Shown here piece by piece: positions 12,215 to 23,299 of a stretch of DNA of 64,000 nucleotides. The notes under the pieces were generated by a model. That model made no database searches and was not told where the DNA came from. It worked only from the letters and a program-made list of their open reading frames with translations. The DNA is taken from assembly GCF_963921235.1 (NCBI RefSeq), contig NC_086108.1:83950001-84014000 (forward strand). The letters are read 5' to 3'. This DNA is from Mobula hypostoma (lineage: Eukaryota). Each line of letters begins with the position of its first letter. Within the stretch, counting starts at the first letter, position 1. The position numbers and the translations under genes were made by a program.

Positions 12215-12512
12215 ACTACCTCACTGCTTCTTTTACTTCTCTTACTTTTGCACCGCTAATTTTAACTTAACTATTGTATATAAATAGCAACTCATTTAAT
12301 GCAACTAATTTTTTCTCTAAATTTATTTATCATGTATTTCATTGTATTGCTGCTGTAATGTTAGCAAATTGTACAACATACACCGGTGATGTTGAATACG
12401 ATTCTGATTCCTTTCTAACTTTACTCTGACTTTTCCCTGCTCATCTGGGGACCCGGAGCCCAGACTGAGAAGCTAGGCATTAAATAAAGTAGAATAGACC
12501 AGTATATCACGG

Positions 12513-12513
<1 letters not shown>

Positions 12514-12546
<33 letters not shown>
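12514..12546. repeat. (CA)n microsatellite at the PLE 3' tail
   Basis: Uninterrupted CA run directly abutting the PLE tail. Confidence 0.95.
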
Positions 12547-12550
<4 letters not shown>

Positions 12551-12636
12551 ATCTGCAAATACTGGAAATTCAAGCAACACGCATCAAAGTTGCTGGTGAA
12601 CCCAGCAGGCCAGGCAGCATCTCTAGGAAGAGGTAC

Positions 12637-12672
12637 AGTCGACGTTTCGGGCCGAGACCCTTCGTCAGGACT
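12637..12672 (-). ncRNA. Minimal type I hammerhead ribozyme, canonical core
   Basis: Reverse complement: agtc-CTGACGA-a-gggt ctcg gccc-GAAAC-GTC-gact; helix I agtc/gact, helix II gggt/gccc, palindromic ACGU replaces helix III, GUC cleavage triplet. Confidence 0.85.
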
Positions 12673-12967
12673 AACTGAAAGAAGAGCTCGTAAGAGATTT
12701 GAAAGTATGAGGGGGAGGGAGAGATCCAAAATGATAGGAGAAGACAGGAGGGGGAGGGATGGAGCCAAGAGCTGGACAGGTGATTGGCAAAAGGGATATG
12801 AGAGGATCATGGGACGGGAGGCCTAGGGAGAAAGAAAAGGGGGAGGGGGAACCCAGAGGATGGGCAAGGGGTATAGTGAGAGGGACAAAGGGAGAAAAAG
12901 GAGAGAGAGAAAAAGAATGTGTGTATATAAATAAATAATGGATGGGGTACGAGGGGGAGGTGGGGCA

Positions 12968-15435
12968 TTAGCGGAAGTTAGAGAAGTCAATGTTCATGCC
13001 ATCAGGTTGGAGGCTGCCCAGATGGGATATAAGGTGTTGTTCCTCCAACCTGAGTGTGGCTTCATCTTTATAGTAGAGGAGGCCATGGATAGACATATCA
13101 GAATGGGAATGGGACGTGGAATTAAAATGTGTGGCCACTGGGAGATCCTGCTTTCTCTGGCGGACAGAGCATAGGTGTTCAGCGAAATGATCTCCCAGTC
13201 TGCGTCAGGTCTTGCCAATATATAGAAGACCACATCGGGAGCACCGGGCGCAGTATATCACCCCAGCCGACTCACAAGTGAAGTGTTGCTTCACCTGGAA
13301 GGACTGTTTGGGGCCCCAAATGGTGGTAAGGGAGGAAGTGTAAGGGCATGTGCAGCACTTGTTCCACTTACAAGGATAAGTGCCAGGAAGGAGATCGGTG
13401 GGGAGGGATGGGGGGGACGAATGGACAAGGGAGTCGCGTAGGGAGCGATCCCTGCGGAAAGCAGAGAGAGGGGGTGGGAAAGATGTGCTTAGTGGTGGGA
13501 TCCTGTTGGAGGTGGCGGAAGTTACGGAGAATAATGTGTTGGACCCGGAGGCTGGTGGGGTGGTAGGTGAGGACAAGGGGAACCCTATTCCTAGTGGGCT
13601 GGCAGGAGGATGGAGTGAGAGCAGATGTGTGTGAAATGGGGGAGATGCGTTTGAGAGCAGAGTTGATGGTGGAGGAAGGGAAGCTCCTTTCTTTAAAAAA
13701 AAAGGGGAACATCTGCTCCGTCCTGGAATGAAAAGCCTCATCCTGAGAGCAGATGCGGTGGAGACGGAGGAACTGCGAGAAGGGGATGGCATTTTTGCAA
13801 GAGACAGGGTGAGAAGAGGAATAGTTCAGATAGCTGTAAGAGTCAGTAGGCTTATAGTAGACATCAGTAGATAAGCTGTCTCCAGAGACAGAGACAGAAA
13901 GATCTAGAAAGGGGAGGGAGGTGTCGGAAATGGACCAGGTAAACTTGAGGGCAAGGTGAAAGTTGGAGGCAAAGTTAATGAAGTCAACGAGCTCAGCATG
14001 TGTGCAGGAAGCAGTGCCAATGCAGTCGTCGATGTCGTGAAGGAAAAGTGGGGGACAGATACCAGAATAGTTTTGGAACATACATTGTTCCACAAAGCCA
14101 ACAAAAAGGCAGGCATAGCTAGGACCCATACGGGTGCCCATAGCTACACCTTTAGTTTGGAGGAAGTGGGAGGAGCCAAAGGAGAAATTATTAAGAGTAA
14201 GGACTAATTCCGCTAGACAGAGCAGAGTGGTGGTAAAGGGGAACTGGTTAGGTCTGGAATCCAAAAAGAAGTGGAGAGCTTTGAGACCTTCCTGATAGGG
14301 GATGGAAGTATATAAGGACTGGACATCCATGGTGAAAATAAAGTGGTGGGGGCCAGGGAACTTAAAATCATCGAAAAGTTTAAGAGCGTGAGAAGTGTCA
14401 CGAACATAGGTAGGAAGGGTTTGAACAAGGGGGGATAAAACCGTGTCGAGGTATGCAGAAATGAGTTCAGTGGGGCAGGAGCAAGCTGAGACAATAGGTC
14501 TACCAGGACAGGCAGGTTCGTGGATCTTGGGTAGGAGGTAGAAACGGGAAGAGCGGGGTGTGGGAACTATAAGGTTGGTAGCAGTGGATGGGAGATTCCC
14601 TGAGCGGATAAAGTCGGTGATGGTGTGGGAGACAATGGCCTGTGCTCCTTAGTGGGGTCACGATCGAGGGGTAAATAAGAGGAGGTATCCGCGAGTTGTC
14701 GCTGTGCCTCGGCAAGGTAGAGGTCAGTACGCCAGACTACAACAGCACCCCCTTATCGGCGGGCTTAATAATAAGGTTAGGATTAGTGCGGAGGGAGTGG
14801 AGAGCAGACCGTTCCGAAGGAGTGAGGTTGGAATGGGAACAAGGTGCGGTGAAGTCGAGACGGTTGATGTCCCGCCGGCAGTTAGCGATAAAGAGATCCA
14901 GAGCAGGCAGAAGACCAGAGCGGGGCTGTCCATGAAGAGGAGGAGGGTTGAAGACAGGAGAAGGGGTCATCGGTGGGGGTGGAAGAGTCCTTGCCGAAGA
15001 AGTAGGCTCGGAGACGGAGTCGGCAGAAGAAGAGTTCCGTGTCATGGCGAACGCGGAACTCGCTGAGGTGTGGGCGAAGTGGGTCAAAGGTAAGGCCCTT
15101 ACTGAGGACAGAGCGTTCTGCCTCAGGCATTTGAAGGTCAGAGGGGATGGTAAAGACCCGGCACGGATGCGAGCTGGGATCAGAGGGGGGAGGGGGGAGG
15201 CTGAGGGTGTCAGTGGAGAGGGGAGGGTTGGGGTGAGAGGAAGATGGAGCCTCTGAGGGCCCAGGAGCTGATGGTGGGATCTGAGGGAGACAGGGTTGCA
15301 GAGTGGTGGGGCGGCGAGGGGAGACGGGAGTCACAATAGCGGCACATAAAGACCCAGCCTGGAGTTCAAGGCTGGAGTCGCAGGTGGTGGTCGCGCAATT
15401 GCTTGAAGGTGTCCATGGTCGTTGCTGGAGTCCGG
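12968..15435 (-). pseudogene. PLE polyprotein (reverse transcriptase + Cys linker + GIY-YIG endonuclease), frameshifted
   Basis: ORF pieces: IIKPADKG, MDVQSLYTSIP, GVAMGTRMGPSYACLFVG, LHDIDD (expected RYIDD), LPFLDL, VYYKPTD, GTYPCKWNKCCTCP, VIYCARCSRCGLLYIGKT; TAA at 12968-12970. Confidence 0.95.
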
Positions 15436-15675
15436 GTTTTAAATATCTCTCCTTTTTCTCCATCTGTCCCTCTCACTATACCCCTTGCCCATCCTCTGGG
15501 TTCCCCCCCTTTTCCTTCTCCCTAGGCCTTCTGTCCCATGATCCTCTCGTATCCCTTTTGCCAATCACCTGTCCAGCTCTTGGCCCCATCCCTCCCCCTC
15601 CTGTCTTCTCCTATCAGTTTGGATCTCCCCCTCCCCCTCCCACTTTCAAATCTCTTACGAGCTCTTCTTTCAGTT

Positions 15676-15711
15676 AGTCCTGACGAAGGGTCTCGGCCTG
15701 AAACGTCAACT
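15676..15711 (+). ncRNA. Hammerhead motif in the inverted PLE arm; core intact, helix I mismatch next to cleavage site
   Basis: agtc-CTGACGA-a-gggt ctcg gcct-GAAAC-GTC-aact. Confidence 0.75.
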
Positions 15712-15773
15712 GTACCTCTTCCTAGAGATGCTGCCTGGCCTGCTGCGTTCACCAGCAACTTTGATGTGTGTTG

Positions 15774-16200
15774 TACAGTACACGGTTCTTTAGTCCATAA
15801 TGCTGTTCTGATCTTTTAACCAACACTTCTGTCCCACACAGCCTCAATGTTTCTTACATCCATATGCCTATCTAAGAGTCTCCTAAATGTCCCTAATGTA
15901 TCTGCCTCTACCACCACTCCTGGCAGTGTGATCCACATACTCACCACTCTGTGTGTAAATAAAAACTACTTCTGACATCCCCTCCTATACTTTCCTCCAA
16001 TCACTTAAAAATTGTGCTCTCATATTAGCCATTTCTGCCCTCAGATAAAGGCACTGGCTGTCCATTCTATCAATATCTCTTATCATCTTATAAAAATCCA
16101 TTAAGTCACCTCTCATCCTCCTTCACTTCAAAAAGAATAGCCTTAGCTCATCCAGCCCTTCCTCGCAAGGCATGCTCCCTAATCCAGCAGTATCCTGGTA
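15774..16200 (-). mobile_element. CR1 3' end fragment abutting the PLE
   Basis: tctgcctctaccaccactcctggcagtgtgatccacatactcaccactctgtgtgt is a near reverse complement of 10885-10945. Confidence 0.8.
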
Positions 16201-16891
16201 AGAAAAGGATGCAAATGTACTGCAAATACATCTTAACCTTATTGTTAATTAAGTAACTTCAAAAACACATCGTACGAGGTTGGTAATTCAAGCAGGATAC
16301 TACTTTTTCAACCTTTCCATGATAAGCCACTGACACATGACATTGGATTTGACAGTCTCACCTTCTGGCATGCCTCAGATCAAGTCAACTACAGCTTACA
16401 TCCATAGTCTTTGATTTGCTATTTGTGTATTTGGGTCCTGCTGATAAAGGCCAATACAGAACTAAAACTACTATAATATGCATCTGTATATCAGTCCCAA
16501 AAATATTTATAGAGGTTTGCCATTTATTCATAAACATTTCTGATTTCCCATGGCAATGAGCCAGTACTTTCTAACAGACAACTGTTTCCAGATATATTAA
16601 AACCCACTCAGTTTTTGAGGGACGTGTGGTCCTTTCAATTTTGGGTCCTTTTGGTGCTTAAATGTCAACTTTTTGATGCATTGCCAAGCCAAGGTAAATG
16701 AAGGACTATTTATTCTTCATACTATTCCCATCTGGATTCAAGTTTCATTTAAATTTTACCGTAACTTATCAAGAAATACATTCAAAACAACACCATGTTT
16801 ACAAATAAAATCAGAGTTCCTGCATGCATAGGTGCAGCAGTAATCATTCAATAGCCCCCTTCCCCTGATTCATGGAAAATGGTTGGTTTTT

Positions 16892-17625
16892 TCAGAATCA
16901 GATATAATATCACTGGCAACATTGTGAAATGTGTTAACTTTGTGGCAGCAGTACAATGCAATACATGATAATAGCGGGAAAAAACTGAGTTTCAGTATAT
17001 ATATTAAGTAGTGCAAAAAAAAGGGAAAAAAAGTAGTGAGGTAGTGTTCATGGATTCAATGTCCATTCAGAAACCAGATGGCAGAGGGGAAGAAGCTGTT
17101 CCTGAGTTGCTGAGTGTGTGCCTTCAGGCTTCTGTACCTCCTTCCTGATCATAGCAATGAGAAGGGGACATGTCCTGGGTGATGGGGGTCCTTAATGGTG
17201 GACGCTGCCTTTCTGAGGTATCACTTCTTGAAGAAATCTTGGATACCATGGAGGCTGGTGCCCATAATGGAGCTAACTAATTTTACAGCTTTCTGCAGCT
17301 TACTTTGATACTGTGCAGTACCTCCATATTAGATGGTGGTGCAGCCAGTTAGAGTGCTCTCCCTGGTACAGCTGTAGAAATTTTTAAGTGCTTTAGGTGA
17401 CATACCAAATCTTCTCAAACTCCTAATGAAATATAGCCACTGTCCTGCCTTCTTTATAGCTGCATCGATAGATTGGCTCCAAGTTAGATGCTCAGAGACA
17501 TTGACATTCAGAATCTTGAAATTGCTCACTCTCTCCACTTCTGATCCCTCTATGAGGACTGGACTGTGTTCCCTCATCTTCCCCTTTCTGAAGTCCACAA
17601 CCAGTTCTTTGGTCTTACTGACTTT
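16892..17625 (-). mobile_element. Rex1/Babar LINE 3' fragment
   Basis: VSKTKELVVDFRKGKMREHSPVLIEGSEVERVSNFKIL...KKAGQWLYFIRSLRRF; same family as 11120-12410. Confidence 0.9.
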
Positions 17626-18769
17626 AAACTTTACGATCAATTTTCCCCAGTTTGGTACTTCAAAGCTCGCATAGGAGCAATTGGTGCAGAAATAACATTG
17701 AAAATATGAGATGAAAACAGAAAGGGCTGGATACACTCAACAGGTTAGGCCACATCTGTGGGAAATGAGTTAAAGTTTCAAGTTGATAGCCCTGTGTCTG
17801 AACTGGTCCTGTCTAAACCCTGTTTTGGAATGCAAGTAACAGCAAATACAAATAATTAATTACTTTCTGAACTGTAATTTCTATTGTTGAACAACTTTGC
17901 ATTGCAGATAGAGTGATTGGGTGATGCTGGTCTCTGAAAATTTAAATGTTTCTACATTGTGGAATAGTTTCTTCGCTTGGAATGAATGAGTCAGGAGTCT
18001 CACATGCAGTATCACTAATCTTCAGACTAGTCTTTCCAAAACAATTCAACAACTCAACAAAATAACAGAGCCAGGCTGGAATTCCACAGCACTGCATCAC
18101 TTCTGGTTTCAGGAACAATTAACTGCTCATTAATGAAAACCACAATTACCACTCGATTTTCAGACTATTTCATCAGGAATAGTCCTTTAAGAACCTAAAT
18201 TCATGCAGTGTTAATTAATGCAAAAGAATGTATTTTAACCAAGTAACCATATATATTTTCTAAGCAAAAACAGAGCCAATGGACGATGTAAACTATAGTA
18301 ATCCCTGAAAGTGACTTAGAACCACAAAAGGGAACTCAAACAGGAGGCCAACAAGAAGGGTAGGTTAAAGCTTCAAACACATTTATATCTAAGTGTTAAT
18401 GGACTTTAAAGCATGGTGCAAGTTTAATTCTTCTGCTTTATTTCAAGATTATCTGGTACACAGTATCAAAAAGCTCATGAGGAATTCTAAAAAAAAATGC
18501 TTTAAACTGTCCGCTTTTATGGAAGCATCTTGTGTATTTTTTAATAAAGAGAGATGATTTTTGAAAGATACATATTTAGATTTTCACATTCCTCAGCATA
18601 ATATGAGATAGGTATGTAACTGAATGTTGCATTAAAATGCAAGGTTTAATTTTAAAAAGACTCCTACTCTCTGATGAAACATGTGGACTAATGTCACAAA
18701 TATAAATGGCCGTACATTTAATACAACTATATAATATTCTCAGGTTTGCTATCTTAATGGAAACTAAAC

Positions 18770-19290
18770 TCATTTAAAATAGAAGAATCAATGGGGGATC
18801 ACACTGGAACCAATGGTGATAATTCTATTCATGTTTAAATTGTTATAGAAGATAGGACTAGTCCACAAGTTAAAGTGCTGAATTGGGGTAAGGCAAACTT
18901 TGAAGGCACTGGGCAGGAACCTGCAAAGTTTGATTGGGATGTCTGATACATGGAAAGCTATAAAAAAGGAGACTTCAGGGAGATCACATACTTGATAAAG
19001 TGAAGGGCAGGGCTGGAAGGATTAGGGAACACCACTTGACAAGGTAGCAAGGCTCTGGCCGGGGGGCGGGGGACGGAGAAAAAGAGGCATGTGACAGGTT
19101 CAGGCAACTGGAATCAAGTGAATCTGACAAGAAATATAAAAAGTGTAGGAGTACAGTTAAGAGGAAAATTAGGAGGACAGAAAGAGGACATGGATAACTG
19201 AGGAGATTCTAAAAGAGCAAAGGGTAGTTATGAATAGGATAGGTCCCTTTAAGAAACAATGAGGTTGTCCCTGCATGGAGTCATAAGAGA
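18770..19290 (+). mobile_element. Degenerate CR1 ORF2 fragment (endonuclease-RT linker)
   Basis: gataattctattcatg...aaagtgctgaattggggtaaggcaaactttga (KVLNWGKANFE), typical CR1 linker. Confidence 0.7.
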
Positions 19291-19677
19291 CGGGAGGGTC
19301 TCCGTTTAATGGGTCATCTAAAAGACTGGCCAAACTGTTTGAATTTGTCATCCTTCACTCACCTTAAAAGATTTCCTCGTGAAATTTCCTTCACTGTTCT
19401 TTCCCCCTAACCCCACCAACTGTTTGTTATTCCTGATTTCTTGCTTGATATTTTTCATCTCCTTCCCTGTCAAGTGTTTGGAGGTACACACTTTACCTGA
19501 GAAATGCCACAGTCCCTGTTATGTGAAAAGGACCGGGTGCTAATTATAAAAGTTGGCATTGTTATTCAGTTGGCCATGCTTCTCTGTACTGTAAATGGTT
19601 CAAACCACAGAGCCACATGCAGAGAACATCACTGCAACCTGGTACATCCTTTAATCCAGATCCTATTACTCGCCATG

Positions 19678-19975
19678 CTGTGGGTGGCGCGGTAGCGAAA
19701 CCCTTTATAGTGCCAATGAGCACTGATCAGGATTTAATCCCTACCGCTGTCTATAAGGAGTTTGTGAATTCTCCCCATAACTGGTGGGTTTCCTCCAGCT
19801 GCTTCAGTTTCCTCCTACATTCCAGAAAGCCTACAGTTAGGGTTAGTGAGTTGTGGGCACCAGAAACATGGCGGCACTTGCAGACTGCTCCAAGAGTTGT
19901 GCTGATGACTGATGCAAACAACACATTTAACCGAATGTTTCAATCTACATGTGACAAACCCAACCTTAATCTTAA
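19678..19975 (+). mobile_element. V-SINE with Rex1-like tail
   Basis: tRNA-like head gggtggcgcggtagcg; V-domain gtgggtttcctccagctgcttcagtttcctcctacattcca; tail atgtttcaatctacatgtgacaaa...cttaatctt. Confidence 0.65.
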
Positions 19976-20009
19976 AAATCTCATTCAATCAGATAAGGAG
20001 GAGGAAGGA

Positions 20010-20677
20010 GAAGATGGCAGCGCGACACAGCTTGCGTGGCCACTCCGGTGAGTGATATCTGTAATCTGTCAAGTAGGGTGCCGTGTACAATCCTGATTTG
20101 ATGGAGACAGATGTGAGAGAACGGAGGAACATCTGGCAAATCTTCTGAAATGCCTGTTTCACTGCCGCTGTTACTGTGTGATCCTGAATCTCCGGAGGGG
20201 AAGGCCCCGAGTCCTCGGCTTTGCTTGTTGCTCAGCAGCCAGGACGGGGTCGAAGCGCTCGGCAGAGATAGTGCTCGGTGCCGAAGGGCTGGTCGGAGGC
20301 TCGAAGTTTTCGGACAGACTCAGAGTCAGCTGGGGTCGGGTGCTTCCAATGCATCGACAGTTGTCAGTGCCTGGAGGTTTATGGCAGAGAGAATTTCTCC
20401 CTTCTGCTGCCTGCTATCAGGGACAATCGAGAGCTGATCAGAACTTTGAGACTTTTTTTTACTTTTCCCATGGTCTGTTCTTTATCAAATTATGGTATTG
20501 CTTTGCACTGCTGTAACTATATGTTATAATTATGTGGTCTTGTCAGTGTTAGTCTTTGGTTTGTCCTGTTTTTTTTGTGATATCACTCTGGAGGAACATT
20601 ATATCACTTCTTAATGCATGCATGCATTTCTAAATGACAATAAACGAGGACTGAGTGTCCTCATAATCTAGTCTAAT
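20010..20677 (+). mobile_element. Non-autonomous non-LTR element, CpG-rich
   Basis: Begins aagatggcagcgcg, no meaningful ORF, ends aaatgacaataaacgaggactgagtgtcctcataatctagtctaat; the 3' end recurs at 7142-7226. Confidence 0.6.
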
Positions 20678-21269
20678 GTAAACTCATTGCTTTAACCACT
20701 CTGCCCATACCATACCACCAGGAAACTGCTACCCTACATTTTTTCCCCCAATCTTAATTTCCTTTCTAGCTTCCTGAAGATCCATCTTCTTGGTTGTGCT
20801 TTCCTCAACTTTGAACAGCCTATGCTCCTCCCTCCTGCTTGGTACCCATGGTGCACAAAACATTTCTACAGCTGCCTATAATTGTGGACTTCTAAACAAA
20901 TGCCAGATCCTATGGAAGTTCTTATTTTTGTTGGTCTCTAAGATCTTCAATACCATCTGTGTCAATTTTGTGTTGTTTTCCACAACACTGTTACTTATGA
21001 GAAATTAACTTGCAGTTTTCCTGGAGACCTCATGTACTGAGTCTGAAAATCATAACAAAAGGAAAACGAACACTAAATAGGTCACTAAATTGGAGTTATC
21101 ATTGGGTCCTATCATTGGAGTTATGGTGAGTATGCTTTTCTTCTCTATTATGATAATTCGTTCCTCTTTTGTTTTTTCTTTCTTATATAGTATATCCTCT
21201 GAAATAGAAAGCAATTAAAAGTCCCATATTAACTACACTTAACCTCAAAAACTGCAAACTTCCTCAGCA

Positions 21270-21510
21270 CTGCTGCTGGGAATGCAGTCTTTCAAATGAG
21301 ACTTATGTAAACCAGAAAACACCATGACACTACTTGAAGACAACCAGCAAAGTTCTCCCCAGTCTTCTGACCAGCATTTATCCTTGAACCAATATCACTA
21401 AAACAAAAACAAGGTCATTGTCACATCTCTTACTGAGATTTAAAAGAAACAGATAGGCTGTTGAGTGTTTTGAAATGTAGTGAAGTTGTGAAGGGGTTAA
21501 TATAAATTTT
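21270..21510 (+). mobile_element. DeuSINE relic
   Basis: gtctttcaaatgagac...ccatgacactacttgaaga...agttctccccagtcttctgaccagcatttatccttgaaccaatatcactaaaaca resembles the Deu domain. Confidence 0.7.
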
Positions 21511-21519
21511 TGCTTGTAC

Positions 21520-21668
21520 CCCTTCCTGCCTCTTATCCTGGTTTCTTCCCCCCTTTTTTCAGTCCTGATGAAGGGTCTCGGCTTGAAACGTTGACTATTT
21601 TTTTTTCATTTCCATAGATGCTGCCTGACCTGCTAAGTTCCTGCTACATTTTGTGTGCATTGCTCTGC
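21520..21668 (+). mobile_element. PLE terminal-repeat fragment
   Basis: Hammerhead followed by ccatagatgctgcctgacctgctaagttcc...ttttgtgtgcattgc. Confidence 0.8.
21561..21596 (+). ncRNA. Hammerhead motif, core intact, GUU triplet, weakened helix II
   Basis: agtc-CTGATGA-a-gggt ctcg gctt-GAAAC-GTT-gact. Confidence 0.7.
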
Positions 21669-21839
21669 ATACAAGTTTAAGTCTCCCATTTCTGTTAGAA
21701 CAGGAGTCTGATCTCTGGCAGGGAAATTTTGAATACATGGAAGGGGTGAGGATCTGAGAAATCTCGGGCGTACTGAGGCTGACAGCGTTGTGGTTAAATA
21801 TAGTGCAGGTTTCAGTAAGAAAAATAATAGACTGCCAAA

Positions 21840-22760
21840 CAGCTGTGCAAATTTAAGGTAAATAAATCTCTGGGGTCAAATAAAATGCCTCCAAGGATCC
21901 TCAAGGAAATAAGGAAGGAAATTGCAAGAACTTTGGCACAAATCTTCTGATAGTCTGAATACTGGTGAGGTGCTAAGGGACAGATAAAAGGCAGATGTTA
22001 CACCTACTTTTTAAATAGGTAGGAAAAGTGACCCAGGAAACAGCAGATCACTATAATTAACATCCAACACAAATTAATTCATAGAAACCCATACTAACAT
22101 TTATAGAATCTCTAGATACTAATAAAAAATTAGTGCAGGGCCAGCAAGAGAAGGTGTTGACAATTGGACGCTGGGTTTCATTAAGGGTGCAACATTATCT
22201 GAGGTAAGGCAATAGATGTGGTGTACTCAGATTTCAGGAAAACTTGAAATCCTGTTCTTCTAGGAAAGATGGCATGAAAATAAAGAAACAGATACTGAAT
22301 TTTTATAAATGGGGGCACATGTTTATTTGACTGTCTGAAGCCAAAGAATAAATAATGCAGGGATGTCATCAATTTCAGAAGAATGTTACTAACATGGTCA
22401 AATGAAGATGTGGTGAGGCTTCTTTTGAATAACGACTTCACAGGTGATTTGCAGGTAGGAGAAACAAACATATTGGACATAAAACACTGAAGGTTGGTAG
22501 ATTCCAAAGCACAACAGGAGAAGAGACGGGTTGGTTCACTTGTGAACTAAGGATATTTGAAGCAGACGTGATCCGATATCCAGAAATGCTAAGTACTTCA
22601 TCATGGGAGAACAAAAATCCAGTTAAGCTCTAAGCTAATAAAGGGCTAGAAATAGGAGGAAATAATATGACTAGAAAATGAAAGAAATGTGGGGACTTTG
22701 ACAACAAAATTGAAGCCATTGCAGCAGTGTTCACTGACAGTGGATAGAGAAGATGTGATG
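21840..22760 (+). mobile_element. Ancient CR1 RT relic
   Basis: Residual PRILKEIRKEIA, TGEV, DPGN and DVVYSDFRK motifs with many indels. Confidence 0.65.
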
Positions 22761-22829
22761 AAACTTAAGAATGCATTGCACATTATTTTTCAACAATTGT
22801 AATCGTGAAACATTATTTTTGAGATTTTA

Positions 22830-22940
22830 AGTACAAATTGGTTGCTGTGTTTCCTTCATTACAACAGCTATTATATTTCAGACATATTTCATTGTTGGAA
22901 AACACTTTGGGACAGTCTTAGGATATGAAGTGCACAAGAG
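22830..22940 (+). mobile_element. DeuSINE/L2-type 3' tail relic
   Basis: aaattggttgctgtgtttccttcattacaacag...aaaacactttgggacagtc. Confidence 0.6.
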
Positions 22941-23299
22941 AAGCCCTGTATTTCAACTAATGATCACAAACCCTTTTCCCTTGCACCAAACACCTGAAAT
23001 GGGGGGCATAACCCCCTCCCTCCCTCCCCCCACCCATGATTAGCACATGAAATTAGGTTAAACAAAAAGGTTACCTCCACATTGTACCGAATCTGTTCCG
23101 AAATTGGCAGTGAAATATTGAAAATAAGAGGAAATTTTATATTCCCCAGGAGGACATTCCCACCTTCACCGAAGACCCTACAGAGTTAATATTGTCTAAA
23201 ATACAACATACTTCATTAAAAACCAGCAACATATAATGGATAAGTTTCATTTCTTCAATATAATAAATCATATATATTGGCAGTACAATCACCAAATAT

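Larger units (their letters stand above)
11120..12410 (+). mobile_element. Rex1/Babar-type LINE, 5'-truncated RT C-terminal half, disrupted
   Basis: GCVLNPLLYSLYIHDC...YKFADDTT...LALNISKTKELIVDFRK, then KKARQRLYFIR and DPHHPGHALF; tail ends gattctgattc. Confidence 0.9.
12547..15773 (-). mobile_element. Penelope-like retroelement (Neptune-type), 5'-truncated, with inverted terminal repeat
   Basis: Minus-strand RT + GIY-YIG coding region 12968-~15435; arms 12575-~12906 and ~15445-15773 are reverse complements; only the left arm carries the extra tail (12547-12574). Confidence 0.95.

Noticed and set aside
12421..12810. Recurrent ORF family '…SVSPDEGSRPETSTVPLP…' (also 15538, 40558, 41630, 60208)
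   Set aside because: It is the translation of the non-coding PLE terminal repeat; the conserved 'PDEGSRPETS' is the hammerhead nucleotide motif.
12547..15773. DNA transposon with long TIRs or an LTR retrotransposon
   Set aside because: The internal ORF is PLE RT + GIY-YIG with no transposase, gag or integrase; the arms are inverted copies of the PLE 3' repeat.
19678..19750. tRNA gene
   Set aside because: Only a degenerate tRNA-like SINE head with no cloverleaf, followed by a V-domain.
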